A stretch of DNA of 64,000 nucleotides from Nitrososphaeria archaeon (GTDB taxonomy: Archaea; Thermoproteota; Nitrososphaeria; Nitrososphaerales; JAAOZN01). This document shows positions 1 to 10,480 of this stretch, piece by piece. Numbering within the stretch: position 1 is the stretch's first letter; every line of letters starts with the position of its first letter. The stretch is from assembly GCA_029775855.1 (NCBI GenBank), contig JARVJZ010000003.1, positions 162,416 to 226,415 of the forward strand, read 5' to 3'. The translations under genes were made by a program, and so were the position numbers. Under the pieces are notes generated by a model. It had not been told where the DNA came from and searched no databases. It saw only the letters and a program-made list of their open reading frames with translations.

Positions 1-240
1 GATGGCACATTAAACACATTGATGGATGCAGGCGCGTTGATAACACCTCCTGGCTGTGGTCTGTGCTTCGGTGCACTAGGAGGCATTCCAGCAGACGCCG
101 AAGTTGTATTTACAACAACGAACCGCAACTTCGTAGGTAGAACCGGTAATCCTAATGCATTTACCTATCTAGGCTCACCGGCTACAGCAGCAGCAACCGC
201 TTTAAAAGGCAGAATAACAGACCCCAGAGAAGTGATGTAG
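1..240 (+). CDS. leuC: 3-isopropylmalate dehydratase/homoaconitase large subunit, C-terminal part (5' truncated by window)
   Basis: PGCGLCFG cluster ligands, TTNRNFVGR, SPATAAATA..G.ITDPR end. Confidence 0.9.
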   Translation, partial: DGTLNTLMDAGALITPPGCGLCFGALGGIPADAEVVFTTTNRNFVGRTGNPNAFTYLGSPATAAATALKGRITDPREVM

Positions 241-732
241 TTGGCTGGTAGAGCGTGGAAGTTTGGGGATAACATAAGCACAGATCACATAGCCCCAGGA
301 AGGTACTTTCATTTAAGATCTAATCTCGATGAGTTGGCTAGGCACGTGCTTGAAGATGCTAGACCGGATTTCCCTACGAATGTTAAGAAGGGGGATTTTG
401 TAGTTGCTGGTGTTAACTTCGGGTTGGGTTCTAGTAGAGAGCACGCGCCGACTATAATAAAGTTGGTTGGGGTTGAGGCGGTTTTAGCTAAATCGTTCGC
501 AAGAATCTTTTACAGAAACGCTGTAAACATAGGTCTACCTGTCGTGATCTGTGATACCTCTCTGATAGATGACGGCGACCTACTTACCATCGACCTATCC
601 TCTGGTGTAGTGTTTAACCACACGAAGAACTTGAAGATACGCTTCCCACCCTTACCAGCTGCTATGAAGAAAATACTCGATGAAGGCGGGCTTATACCGT
701 ATGTCAAACGCTTTGGAGACCTTCCGCTCTAA
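241..732 (+). CDS. leuD: 3-isopropylmalate dehydratase/homoaconitase small subunit
   Basis: GDNISTDHI, NFGLGSSREHA, SFARIFYRNAVNIGLP. Confidence 0.92.
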   Translation: MAGRAWKFGDNISTDHIAPGRYFHLRSNLDELARHVLEDARPDFPTNVKKGDFVVAGVNFGLGSSREHAPTIIKLVGVEAVLAKSFARIFYRNAVNIGLPVVICDTSLIDDGDLLTIDLSSGVVFNHTKNLKIRFPPLPAAMKKILDEGGLIPYVKRFGDLPL

Positions 733-1073
733 GCGTAGAGCCTCCACGTATATTCACATTTAGTGCAGCGGTAAAACTGTGTAGTAGGCTCATCCCCACC
801 TCTAGTCTGGAGGAACCACCAGTAAGCTTCATTATTATGACACTTTGGGCATTCTATATTAGTTGTAGGCATAGGCTTTATTTCGAGCTCCTTATCTCCA
901 ACCACTTTAATCGGCGTACTTTGTTCGGTTTCCTTAACTATGGCTTTTGTAGCGCTTTTAGCTACTGGCTCCCAGTAGCCGCACTTATCGCAGGCTAAAG
1001 CTAGTTCACTTTTAGCCTCCATCTTCACATGTCTATATCGGAGCTTTGTTCCACATTTAGGGCAGAACTTCAT
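729..1073 (-). CDS. tfs: Transcription factor S / RNA polymerase subunit M
   Basis: Two Zn ribbons; QTRGGDEP acidic hairpin. Confidence 0.92.
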   Translation of the reverse strand: MKFCPKCGTKLRYRHVKMEAKSELALACDKCGYWEPVAKSATKAIVKETEQSTPIKVVGDKELEIKPMPTTNIECPKCHNNEAYWWFLQTRGGDEPTTQFYRCTKCEYTWRLYA

Positions 1074-1357
1074 TGTAATCCGCCTTTCTTTAATGTATCT
1101 TCTGTCTTATTAAGCAGCTCTTTTATCGTCTCAGAGGCTTTCTTTACAGTCTTTGCTAAAATTTTAGTAGGCTCGGTTTTACTTCGTATAGTTAGTGTGG
1201 TTTCAGCCAACAGAGGGTGGGTTGGGGCTACTGCTGCGAAGACTATGCCGCTTTCTTTAAGAAGTTCATGGTGAAGTATGTCAGCTAACGCTACATCTTC
1301 GTCTACGAACCTTACTTCCAAAATGTTGTCTTTCTTAGAGAGGTGAGTAGGCATCAT
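1070..1357 (-). CDS. rpoL: RNA polymerase subunit Rpo11 (L)
   Basis: ED..LA..L..EL, HPL motif; adjacent to tfs. Confidence 0.8.
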   Translation of the reverse strand: MMPTHLSKKDNILEVRFVDEDVALADILHHELLKESGIVFAAVAPTHPLLAETTLTIRSKTEPTKILAKTVKKASETIKELLNKTEDTLKKGGLQ

Positions 1358-1442
1358 GAGTGCCTCTGCTCTGCCTTAGATAAAACCCTTTCTACTCTCC
1401 GTATAAGCTTTAAATATGGTATGATAAGAGCATTTGAGGGGT

Positions 1443-1802
1443 ATGGGCTCAGACCTACTACTTATTTTATTTACCGCCGCATTTGCTGCCGCAGCTTCTG
1501 TGCCTATGATTATTATACCACTAATAATTTCACCTAAAAAACCTACAAAACCAAAGGAAATGCAATATGAATGTGGGCAGATCCCAAGCGGCGCTGGCAA
1601 GATGTCGTTGATGATGCAGTACTACGCATATCTTCTTATGTTCGTCGCTTTCGACGTTATGTCTATGTTCCTTTTCGCCTGGGGTCTATCTATTCAAACA
1701 GTTGGCTTAAACGGCTTCTTTGTCGTGGTCTTGTTTATCGGCTTGTTGCTGGTTCCGTTAGGTTTTACGCTTTATCATGCTGGGAGGCGTGAAATATGGT
1801 GA
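1443..1802 (+). CDS. nuoA: Complex I subunit A
   Basis: K...YECG, YY.YLLMFVAFDV, three hydrophobic segments. Confidence 0.92.
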   Translation: MGSDLLLILFTAAFAAAASVPMIIIPLIISPKKPTKPKEMQYECGQIPSGAGKMSLMMQYYAYLLMFVAFDVMSMFLFAWGLSIQTVGLNGFFVVVLFIGLLLVPLGFTLYHAGRREIW

Positions 1803-1868
1803 ATACACTATTCGTATTCAACGCTCATTTTACCCTCTTGCCTTTAGATTAAAGAGGACGATGACACT

Positions 1869-3017
1869 ATGGCTTTAATTAGAAATCTCCTAGAATTCTT
1901 AATTAGGATAGCAATTTTGGTCGTGATTATAATCATTTTAATACCTATTCTTCTTTTGGCAGCGTATCATCTGCTTGGACCCACTTTCCCTATAGAGCCC
2001 TCGATGCTACTTGATCCTTCCGAGACTTTAGCGTTCACCTTAAAACTTATGGATACAGACCTCTTTAGGATTACCGTCTTCCCAGGCTTTACGTTTGTTG
2101 CGTTGTATGCAGCTATTGCTGGGTTATGGGAGCGGAAGCTTCTTGCTAAGATGCAGCTTCGTGTGGGTCCTCTGTATGCGGGTAGATTTGAAGGGATTCT
2201 TCAACCGATTGCTGATGTTTTAAAGCTGCTCTCTAAGGAGTTGGTTATTCCAAAAGTCGTTGATAGGTTCTTCTATATTCTTGCTCCTCTCCTTACGGTA
2301 ATCATAGCTACTGCTGCTGTTGCTGTTATACCAGTCACTGATAAGTGGGTCATCGCAAGGTCTGATGTTGGTGTGCTAGTCATATTTGCTGTGCTCGGAT
2401 TCTTTCCAATAACTGCTTTGATGGCTGCTTGGTCTTCTAACAGCAGATACCCTTTGCTCGGCGGTCTTAGGGCACTGCATCAGATGGTGTCTTACGAGAT
2501 TCCACTCATACTTTCGGCGCTTGCACCTGTTGTTTACGCCGGCTCGTTGAACCTAATAGATATTGTGAGGGTGCAGTCAAGCGTCTGGTTTATACTGTTG
2601 GCTCCGGTCTCAGCTATCGTCTTCTTAGTCTGCGCCTTAGCGGAGCTTGAGAGGATCCCCTTTGATCTCCCTGAAGCTGAGCCCGAGTTGGTTTCAGGTT
2701 GGTTGACTGAATATGGTGGGATGAACTTTGGCTTGATCTTGGGTATCGCTGTTTACATCAAGTTGTATGTGCTTTCAGCCCTCTTTACGCTTCTTTTCTT
2801 AGGTGGTTGGCTTGGGCCTGCGTTTCTACCACCAGAGTTCTGGTTCATATTGAAGAGCTTTATCGTAACAACGCTTCTACTAATTCCTCGAGGAGTTTTC
2901 CCACGGCTTAGGATAGATCTGCTTCTTAAGCAGAGTTGGGCACGCTACCTTATACTCGCGCTCTTGAATCTTTTAGTGGCTGCTTTGGTGGTCTTAAGTG
3001 GGTTTAGCTTAAGATAG
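1869..3017 (+). CDS. nuoH: Complex I subunit H
   Basis: ERKLLAKMQLRVGP, GILQPIADVLKLLSKE, RIPFDLPEAEPELVSG, PRLRID. Confidence 0.95.
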   Translation: MALIRNLLEFLIRIAILVVIIIILIPILLLAAYHLLGPTFPIEPSMLLDPSETLAFTLKLMDTDLFRITVFPGFTFVALYAAIAGLWERKLLAKMQLRVGPLYAGRFEGILQPIADVLKLLSKELVIPKVVDRFFYILAPLLTVIIATAAVAVIPVTDKWVIARSDVGVLVIFAVLGFFPITALMAAWSSNSRYPLLGGLRALHQMVSYEIPLILSALAPVVYAGSLNLIDIVRVQSSVWFILLAPVSAIVFLVCALAELERIPFDLPEAEPELVSGWLTEYGGMNFGLILGIAVYIKLYVLSALFTLLFLGGWLGPAFLPPEFWFILKSFIVTTLLLIPRGVFPRLRIDLLLKQSWARYLILALLNLLVAALVVLSGFSLR

Positions 3018-3019
3018 AG

Positions 3020-3517
3020 GTGTTCCAGTTGGTTGATTTTGTGTTTGCTGCTCTTGCTATAATAACTATTGTTTCGGCTATTTTGGCTTTGGAGGCTAAG
3101 GAGGTTGTTTACGGCGCTGTAGCGTTGGCTCTATCATTTGTTGGAATAGCTGGCTTCTTTGCGTTGTTAGATGCGGTCTTCCTCGCGATGTTTCAACTTA
3201 CCGTATATGTGGGTGCAATAGCTGTACTCATACTCTTCACTGTTATGCTTGTAAGGAGAGAGCAGTGGTTGAAGATAAAGGAGGGTGTCTATAGGACTGC
3301 TGGTGTAGTAGCGGCCGTAATAATAGCGTTAGGTTTAGGATACCTAGTTTACGCATCCGCATTTACTCACGCTACGCCTACGCTTGAGCAAGCGCCTTTT
3401 ACTTTGCTCGGTCCTTTGATTCTTTCAGATTATTGGGCTGCTTTGGTTGCTTTATCGCTCGTGCTGGCTTCAGCTGTTATCGGCGCTGTGGTTTTGGCTA
3501 AGTTGGAGAGGGATTGA
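3020..3517 (+). CDS. nuoJ: Complex I subunit J
   Basis: QLTVYVGAIAVLILFTVML. Confidence 0.92.
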   Translation: MFQLVDFVFAALAIITIVSAILALEAKEVVYGAVALALSFVGIAGFFALLDAVFLAMFQLTVYVGAIAVLILFTVMLVRREQWLKIKEGVYRTAGVVAAVIIALGLGYLVYASAFTHATPTLEQAPFTLLGPLILSDYWAALVALSLVLASAVIGAVVLAKLERD

Positions 3518-3828
3518 TCTTGGAGCCGCTTGTAAACTACTTGTTCGTCTCTGTTGTTCTCTTCGCTATAGGTGTTTATGGCTTGGTAACTAAGAAGAAT
3601 GCCCTTAGAATGCTCTTTGCTGTTGAAATATTGATTAACTCCGCGAACTTGAATTTTGTGGCTTTTACCCGTTATCTACATCCAACATCGGTAACTGGGC
3701 AAGCGCTGGCTATGTTCTCCATATCCTTGGCTGCGGCTGAAGCCGCTGTTGGGTTGGCTATCATCTTGGCTGTGTTTAGGTTGAGGAAGGATGTTGATGT
3801 TTCTGAGATCAAGGGGTTGAGAGGTTAG
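3514..3828 (+). CDS. nuoK: Complex I subunit K
   Basis: VEILINSANLNF, AAAEAAVGLAI. Confidence 0.95.
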   Translation: MILEPLVNYLFVSVVLFAIGVYGLVTKKNALRMLFAVEILINSANLNFVAFTRYLHPTSVTGQALAMFSISLAAAEAAVGLAIILAVFRLRKDVDVSEIKGLRG

Positions 3829-3833
3829 GGTCT

Positions 3834-5381
3834 ATGATGATCAATCCCTTACTCCAAGCAGTCTTCTTACCTATAATCCTTTCACCTATTGTGTATCTAA
3901 TTGGTAGGCGAATAGGCAGTAAAGTTGGATGGCTCTCGTTTATTGTATTGGCGTATTCAACTCTGCTCATAATCTACGCAGCGTCAACAAAACCAGATTA
4001 CTTTGAATTCTACTCTTGGCAACCCTTTGGAGTCTTTGGGTTGAGGCTTGATGGTCTTAGCCTACCCTTCGCAATAACGATATACCTTCTTTCAACAGTT
4101 TTAGCTGTCTACTCTATACCCTACATGACGCATCGAATCGAAGAGGAGTTTGAAGAGCAACACTTAGTCTACTCAAAACACGGTTTATACCAAGCACTAT
4201 ACCTCACTTATGCATCAGGCATGTTAGGCACAGTTTTGGCTACTAACCTAATACAGTTCTACATATTCTTCGAGATTATGTTAATTCCATCTTACTTTCT
4301 TATCGCTGAATTCGGCTATGGTGATAGGGCTAGAATATCACTTATGTACTTTTTATGGACGCATATTGGCGCCCTACTGCTTTTAGCCGGGATATTGACT
4401 ACCGTGTTTCTTTCTACACTGTATGGTGGTGTTGTTCTCACCTTCGATATGGTTCACCTCCAACCTTCAGGAGAATTGGTCAAGAGTTTTGACACTTCTT
4501 CTATTCCCATAACCTATATTCAAGCTATAGCGGTTCTCATAACGGTTGGGCTTTTTGTCAAACTTGCCTCATTCGGTTTGCATATATGGCTTCCTTATGC
4601 GCACGCTGAAGCGCCTACACCTATAAGCGCTCTGCTTTCACCAGCCATGATCGGTATAGGTGGTTATGCTTATCTTAGGATTCTACTCTATCTTCTACCT
4701 TTAGCGTATGAATATGTTTTATTCGCTATAAGCATCTGGGGCCTAGTAACCATAATCTACGGCGGGCTTATGGCTTTTATGCAAGATGATGTAAAGCGCC
4801 TTTTAGCGTACTCGAGTGTAAGCCAGATGGGCTACATAATCTTCGGAATCGCATCAACCTTTTACATAGGTATATCAGGCTCTGTGCTGCATTATGTGAG
4901 CCACGGCACAGGCAAAGCAATCCTCTTTATGGTAGCAGGCGCGATAATTCTTCAAGCACATGGTTTAAGGAGCATAAGCAAGATGGGTGGTTTAGCTAAG
5001 AAGCTTCCTATAACCGCAACAGCCGCCTTAATTGGCTTCCTAACGATAATGGGAATACCACCTACCAACGGCTTTCAATCTGAATGGATGATCTTCTACG
5101 GCTCATTTGCTGGTGCAATAGAGCGTGGTGACTTCGCTAAAACTATCGTAAGCGGGATAGCGCTTTTCGCTACTCCTCTAACCGCAGGCTACTCATTATG
5201 GTTAATGAAGCGTGTCTTTTTCGGCAAACTTCCAGAGAGTCTCAAAGATGTTAAAGAGGCGCCTCTAACGGTCACTGTTCCGCTACTAGTTTTAGCTGTA
5301 ACTGGGCTGCTTATAGGTGTGTATCCGACTATTTTTACTGAAAGGCTTTTCCCAGCTGTGCAGATGCTTCTAGGAGGTTGA
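3834..5381 (+). CDS. nuoM: Complex I subunit M-like antiporter subunit (first copy)
   Basis: FYIFFE, HIWLPYAHAEAPTPISALLS, KRLLAYSSVSQMG. Confidence 0.85.
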   Translation: MMINPLLQAVFLPIILSPIVYLIGRRIGSKVGWLSFIVLAYSTLLIIYAASTKPDYFEFYSWQPFGVFGLRLDGLSLPFAITIYLLSTVLAVYSIPYMTHRIEEEFEEQHLVYSKHGLYQALYLTYASGMLGTVLATNLIQFYIFFEIMLIPSYFLIAEFGYGDRARISLMYFLWTHIGALLLLAGILTTVFLSTLYGGVVLTFDMVHLQPSGELVKSFDTSSIPITYIQAIAVLITVGLFVKLASFGLHIWLPYAHAEAPTPISALLSPAMIGIGGYAYLRILLYLLPLAYEYVLFAISIWGLVTIIYGGLMAFMQDDVKRLLAYSSVSQMGYIIFGIASTFYIGISGSVLHYVSHGTGKAILFMVAGAIILQAHGLRSISKMGGLAKKLPITATAALIGFLTIMGIPPTNGFQSEWMIFYGSFAGAIERGDFAKTIVSGIALFATPLTAGYSLWLMKRVFFGKLPESLKDVKEAPLTVTVPLLVLAVTGLLIGVYPTIFTERLFPAVQMLLGG

Positions 5382-7520
5382 TTGTTCTTGAATGAAGCGC
5401 TACCTTGGCTCGTCTGGCTTCTACCCATAATAGGCGCATTACTCACACCAATCTTCGCAAAGATAGGGGACAAAGTAAGAGACTACCTTGCGGTATTATT
5501 CTCACTGGCTTCAGCGGTTTCAGCAGCCCTTCTGCTACTATCAAACGAAGTTATACATAGCACCGTAGAATGGATACCCTCAATAGGTCTTCAAGCCGGT
5601 GTATTAGCAGATCAACTCAGCATAATAATGGCTAACATAGTCGCTTGGATCAGTTTCCTAATCATGGTATACAGCCTAGGATACATGAAAGGTGAACCGA
5701 ACCTAACAAGATACTGGTTCTTCATGAACTTCTTCATAGGTAACATGCAGCTCATCGTATTATCAGACAACCTACTTCAACTATTCTTCGGCTGGGAAGG
5801 TGTCGGTCTATGCTCCTATGCTCTAATAGGTTTCTGGCATACCGATGAAAAGAAGTATTGGGTTGGAACACCAGTCGAAGAAGGAGGAAGAAGGGCTTGG
5901 GGGCGTGAACAAGCCTATTCACCTAGCCACGCTGGAATGAAGGCCTTCATAACAACTAGAGTTGGAGACTCAGCATTCCTCATAGGGCTACTAATACTCT
6001 ACACCCACTCAAAGACCTTCAGCTTCACACAACTAGCTGAACACACAGAGTGGGCAAGCAGCCTCGCATCAGCCGGACTACTAATCCCAGTAACAATATT
6101 GATCTTCGGCGGAGCCATCGGTAAATCAGCACAGTTTCCGCTGCAAGAATGGCTTCCAGACGCCATGGCTGGCCCAACAGCGGTTTCAGCACTAATACAC
6201 GCAGCTACTATGGTGAAGGCTGGCGTCTTTCTAGTGGCGAGAATTGGCCCCATCTTTTACACAGCGGCTCAAGCGGTTAATGCGGCGCCGTTGTTCTTTG
6301 AGGCTGTCGCTTGGGTTGGTGCGTTCACCGCCTTTTTAGCTGCTACGCAAGCTGTTGTTGGCAGAGAGATAAAGAAGGTGTTAGCGTACTCGACTGTCTC
6401 ACAGATAGGGTATATGATGCTCGCGTTAGGAGCAGCTGGCTTAGTTGCTGAGGAGACCGCGTTTGCTAGCGGTTTCACAGCAGGTTTCTTCCATCTGATG
6501 AGCCACGCTGTGTTTAAGGCTTCTCTATTCATGGCTGCTGGTGCGCTTATACACGCTTGTGGAAGCAAGTACCTTTCTGACATGGGTGGGTTAAGAAAGG
6601 TTATGCCTATAACCTTCTTCTCTATGCTCTTGGCTTCGGCTTCTCTCGCTGGTGTGCCTCCATTAAGCGGCTTTTGGAGTAAAGACGCGGTTTTGGCTTC
6701 GGTGCTTGAAGCCCATACCCCATATGCTCCTATCTTGTTCGCTTTGTCTGTTGCTACAGCTATGCTCACAGTCTTCTACACCTTTAGGATGCTTGGCTTG
6801 GTCTTCTTTGGGGAGAAGGGTAAGCTTGGATTAGAGCATAAGCACGGTTTACACGAGGAAGCTGAGCATCACCTTGGAGAAGCCCCGAAGGTTATGTGGC
6901 TGCCCTACACCATTCTAGCCGTTGCCTCCTTGGTCATCGGTTTAGCGGGTCCTTTTGTTGAAACATCCCTCCATAACTCACTTGAGCACTACTTGCACGA
7001 ATATGGATTTGAAGCTGCCCATAAAGGTTTTGAGCTTAACCTCGCAGCAGTAGGCGGATCCTTAGCAGCGTTGGCTGTAGGTCTTCCCTTAAGCTACTCC
7101 ATCTACATAGCTAGGCGTTTAGACGCTGCTAAGATTGTAAATTCAAGTAAACTTCTTAGAGCAATATACATCTTCTTGGAGAATAGATGGTATCTTAACA
7201 CACTATACTATGCGATCTTCGTGGATGGTTTGCTTAGCTTCGCACGGATTATATGGCGGGGATTAGAGGTATCTGTGATAGACCGATTGGGTGATGCGAC
7301 TGCCTCAGCATCAATCATCTTCTCAAAGGCTGGAAACTGGTTTGACAGATACATTGTAGACGGCTTCATAAACGGCTTAGCCTACATTAATGTGCGCTTC
7401 TCTAGACTCGCTAGAATTCTCCAGACAGGCGTATCACAAAATTATCTCCTCGTTTTTGCGGTAGGTGTCATTGTGGTGCTGATAATCTTGGTTCTAAACC
7501 CTTCACTACTTTTGAGGTGA
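5382..7520 (+). CDS. nuoL: Complex I subunit L
   Basis: GWEGVGLCSYALIGFW, KSAQFPLQEWLPDAMAGPTAVSALIHAATMV. Confidence 0.95.
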   Translation: MFLNEALPWLVWLLPIIGALLTPIFAKIGDKVRDYLAVLFSLASAVSAALLLLSNEVIHSTVEWIPSIGLQAGVLADQLSIIMANIVAWISFLIMVYSLGYMKGEPNLTRYWFFMNFFIGNMQLIVLSDNLLQLFFGWEGVGLCSYALIGFWHTDEKKYWVGTPVEEGGRRAWGREQAYSPSHAGMKAFITTRVGDSAFLIGLLILYTHSKTFSFTQLAEHTEWASSLASAGLLIPVTILIFGGAIGKSAQFPLQEWLPDAMAGPTAVSALIHAATMVKAGVFLVARIGPIFYTAAQAVNAAPLFFEAVAWVGAFTAFLAATQAVVGREIKKVLAYSTVSQIGYMMLALGAAGLVAEETAFASGFTAGFFHLMSHAVFKASLFMAAGALIHACGSKYLSDMGGLRKVMPITFFSMLLASASLAGVPPLSGFWSKDAVLASVLEAHTPYAPILFALSVATAMLTVFYTFRMLGLVFFGEKGKLGLEHKHGLHEEAEHHLGEAPKVMWLPYTILAVASLVIGLAGPFVETSLHNSLEHYLHEYGFEAAHKGFELNLAAVGGSLAALAVGLPLSYSIYIARRLDAAKIVNSSKLLRAIYIFLENRWYLNTLYYAIFVDGLLSFARIIWRGLEVSVIDRLGDATASASIIFSKAGNWFDRYIVDGFINGLAYINVRFSRLARILQTGVSQNYLLVFAVGVIVVLIILVLNPSLLLR

Positions 7521-7526
7521 ACAAAG

Positions 7527-9023
7527 TTGGATACACCAATACTCAGCTTGCTTATCTTCATACCAATCGTGGGAGCCGTAGTTGTATATCTCTTAGGGAG
7601 GCTTAGAGAAAGACTCTGTGAAGTAGCTTCACTTACGCTTACGGTTGTGGTTCTTGCACTATCACTCTACTTATACAGCTCCATCTTTACCTCAAACCAA
7701 GGCGCCTCATTCACCTTCATTGAAGGCCCATATCATTGGTTAGGCGGCTTCGGGGTGGACTACTACCTCGGTGTGGACGGTTTAAGTGCCTCTCTCATAC
7801 TGATCTCAGCCTTCCTATCGGTCCTTGTAGTCCTAGGCTCATGGGACCTTATTACAGAGAAGAAGCCGATCTACTACTTCCTCATACTCTTATTCGAAGG
7901 CAGTATTATTGGTGTGTTCTGCTCACTTAACCTCATACTCTTCTATGTCTTCTGGGAGATCGTCTTGATCCCCATGTTCTTCTTCATCGGAGTCTGGGGT
8001 GGACCTAGACGCAAATACGCTGCAATGAAGTTCTTAATCTTCACATATGTTGGTAGTGTTATTATGCTCCTAGGCTTTATCCTCATATACCTATTTACCG
8101 CGCCAAACACATTCAACATACCTGAGCTGGTTGGTAAGATCCCCTTCTGGGTTCAACTCTTAGCAACAGTCGCCACATTTGTAGGCTTTGGGGTTAAGCT
8201 GCCTGTTGTGCCTTTCCACACTTGGCTTCCAGATGCGCACGTCGAAGCACCAGCGCCGATAAGCGTTTTCTTAGCCGGTCTTCTTCTGAAGATGGGTGGG
8301 TATGGTTTCATAAGGGTAAACTTAGGTCTATTGGCAGACGCTTCACGCCAGTATGCTTGGGTCTTCATAATATTCGGTATCCTAACTATGTTCTACGGTG
8401 CGCTCGTAGCCATGATTCAAAGAGATCTAAAGAGGATGATAGCTTTAACGAGCATAAACCATATGGGTTTCGTCCTCTTAGGTAGCTTCGCGGGGATATC
8501 AGCTTCAACAGCGCAAGGTGCTATCTACGGGATCTCTGGGGCGATATTCCAGATGTTCAACCACGCAGCCGCTATAGGAATCCTCTTTATGCTCTCAGGA
8601 TACATACACGAGCAAGCGGGGACAAGAAACATCGATGAGTTAAAGGGTCTGCGGAGCGGTATGCCTAAGACAGCTCTAACCTTAATCTTAGGCTCTCTGG
8701 CTGGTATGAGTGTGCCGATGTATAGCAGTTTCCTCAGCGAGTGGATGGTGATTCTAAGCGCCATTTCGGTCAACACTTGGTACGCTTTGGCGGTCTTAAT
8801 ACCTCTGCTTACTGTAGCATACTTTCTATGGATGATAAAGAGGACGGTTCTTAGCCCTCTTCCTCAGCATACACATTATCACGATCTACCTAATAGAGCA
8901 ATGTTCGCGCTCCTACTCTACTTGGTCCCATTATTCCTACTTTTGGTCTTTCCATCTCTCATACTTGGGGTTGTAGACCCGCTTTCATCAGCGCTCTTTC
9001 AAGCCGTAGGTGGTGGTGGATGA
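7527..9023 (+). CDS. nuoM: Complex I subunit M (second copy)
   Basis: FYVFWE..LIPMFF, PFHTWLPDAHVEAP, LLKMGGYG. Confidence 0.92.
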   Translation: MDTPILSLLIFIPIVGAVVVYLLGRLRERLCEVASLTLTVVVLALSLYLYSSIFTSNQGASFTFIEGPYHWLGGFGVDYYLGVDGLSASLILISAFLSVLVVLGSWDLITEKKPIYYFLILLFEGSIIGVFCSLNLILFYVFWEIVLIPMFFFIGVWGGPRRKYAAMKFLIFTYVGSVIMLLGFILIYLFTAPNTFNIPELVGKIPFWVQLLATVATFVGFGVKLPVVPFHTWLPDAHVEAPAPISVFLAGLLLKMGGYGFIRVNLGLLADASRQYAWVFIIFGILTMFYGALVAMIQRDLKRMIALTSINHMGFVLLGSFAGISASTAQGAIYGISGAIFQMFNHAAAIGILFMLSGYIHEQAGTRNIDELKGLRSGMPKTALTLILGSLAGMSVPMYSSFLSEWMVILSAISVNTWYALAVLIPLLTVAYFLWMIKRTVLSPLPQHTHYHDLPNRAMFALLLYLVPLFLLLVFPSLILGVVDPLSSALFQAVGGGG

Positions 9024-10477
9024 GCACAGTCTTCTACTACGCAGCCATCTTTACAGTAAGCAGCATGCTTGTCTCAATGTTAAGCCTATCTAGGAGTTCT
9101 TCGGTGCGGCAGAGCATCCCCTTCTTTGTCTCTTTGGCGGCTCTGCTACTTTCACTTACTTTAACTCTATTCAAGATGTTAAACTACTTGTCTGCACCCT
9201 CACCGATCTACACAAATCTTTTCCACGAAGACTTCTTGGCATACTTCTTCGCCTTAACTGTGCTGCTAGTCTCTCTGTTTGTCGTTCTTTCGTCGAGAAA
9301 CTATATGTGGGGTGAAAGAAATCTTGCTGTCTACTTCTCTCTCCTCCTCTTTTCTACTCTCGGTATGGTTCTCCTCTCGTTCGCAGCTGATCTGCTTATG
9401 ATAGTGGTTGCTTGGGAGCTTATGAGTATACCAACCTATGTGCTCGCTGGGCTAAGGAAGAGTGACCCATTCTCAAACGAAGCGTCTGTAAAATACTTCC
9501 TGCTTGGCGCCTTCTCTTCCGGCATACTCCTCTACGCAATCTCACTCACCTACGGTTTAACGGGCACAACCAACCTAAACGCTGTACTACAAAACCTACA
9601 ACAATTACCTAACCCGCTAGATCCAATAGCCATACTTATGTTAGCGCTCTACATTGCTGGATTCGGATTAAAGATGTCAGTAGTTCCATTTCATATGTGG
9701 ATACCAGATGCATATGAAGGCGCACCGACAACGATTAGCGCCTTCCTTTCAGCTGGAACAAAGAAAGCGGGTTTCGTCGTAGCCATAAGGGTCTTTGTAG
9801 TAGCACTCCCCTTCTTAAGCGTAAACTGGACAACAGCCTTCGCCATACTTGCATTAGCCACTATGACTTTAGGAAATATAGCAGCCCTCACACAAAGATC
9901 AGTAAGCAGAATGCTCGCATACTCAAGCATAGCCCAAGCAGGCTACCTCCTGATAGGATTCGCTGTAGCATCAGGCCCCGCTAAGACGCTAGGTCTTATC
10001 GGCGTCTTGTTCCATGTGTTTAATCATGCGGTTATGCAGTCAGCAGCCTTTTTGGCTGTTGCTGCGGTAGATCGGGCTATTGGTAAGGTTGGTTTAGACT
10101 CTTTTGCTTCGCTTTGGCGTCGGATGCCTATAACGGCTCTCTCACTGGCTGTTGCTCTGCTAGCGTTGGCTGGAATACCGCCTTTGAATGGGTTCTGGAG
10201 TAAACTTGTGCTCTTTACAGCAGCTATCCAAGGCGATATGGCTTGGCTAGCTGTTGCGGCTGTGCTGAACAGTGCGCTTTCACTTGGCTACTATGCTTGG
10301 GTCATTAAGCGGATGTATATCGATGAGCCTACTGGTCTTGGAGCGCAAAGTAAGATTAGAGAACCTACATTAATATCTGCTGTTCTTCTAATCGCCACTG
10401 CTATAACAATAGTTGTAGGTATTTACCCTTCGTTGATCTATGATCTTGCCAAAGCTGCTGTGTTAGCATATCAGTGA
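9020..10477 (+). CDS. nuoN: Complex I subunit N
   Basis: EASVKYFLLG, VPFHMWIPDAYEGAPT, RMLAYSSIAQAGY. Confidence 0.93.
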   Translation: MSTVFYYAAIFTVSSMLVSMLSLSRSSSVRQSIPFFVSLAALLLSLTLTLFKMLNYLSAPSPIYTNLFHEDFLAYFFALTVLLVSLFVVLSSRNYMWGERNLAVYFSLLLFSTLGMVLLSFAADLLMIVVAWELMSIPTYVLAGLRKSDPFSNEASVKYFLLGAFSSGILLYAISLTYGLTGTTNLNAVLQNLQQLPNPLDPIAILMLALYIAGFGLKMSVVPFHMWIPDAYEGAPTTISAFLSAGTKKAGFVVAIRVFVVALPFLSVNWTTAFAILALATMTLGNIAALTQRSVSRMLAYSSIAQAGYLLIGFAVASGPAKTLGLIGVLFHVFNHAVMQSAAFLAVAAVDRAIGKVGLDSFASLWRRMPITALSLAVALLALAGIPPLNGFWSKLVLFTAAIQGDMAWLAVAAVLNSALSLGYYAWVIKRMYIDEPTGLGAQSKIREPTLISAVLLIATAITIVVGIYPSLIYDLAKAAVLAYQ

Positions 10478-10480
10478 ATC

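Noticed and set aside
1800-1868. Hairpins in the nuoA-nuoH spacer as an intron or ribozyme
   Set aside because: Short stems (TGAATAC/GTATTCA, CCTCTT/AAGAGG) are present but without BHB geometry or a ribozyme core
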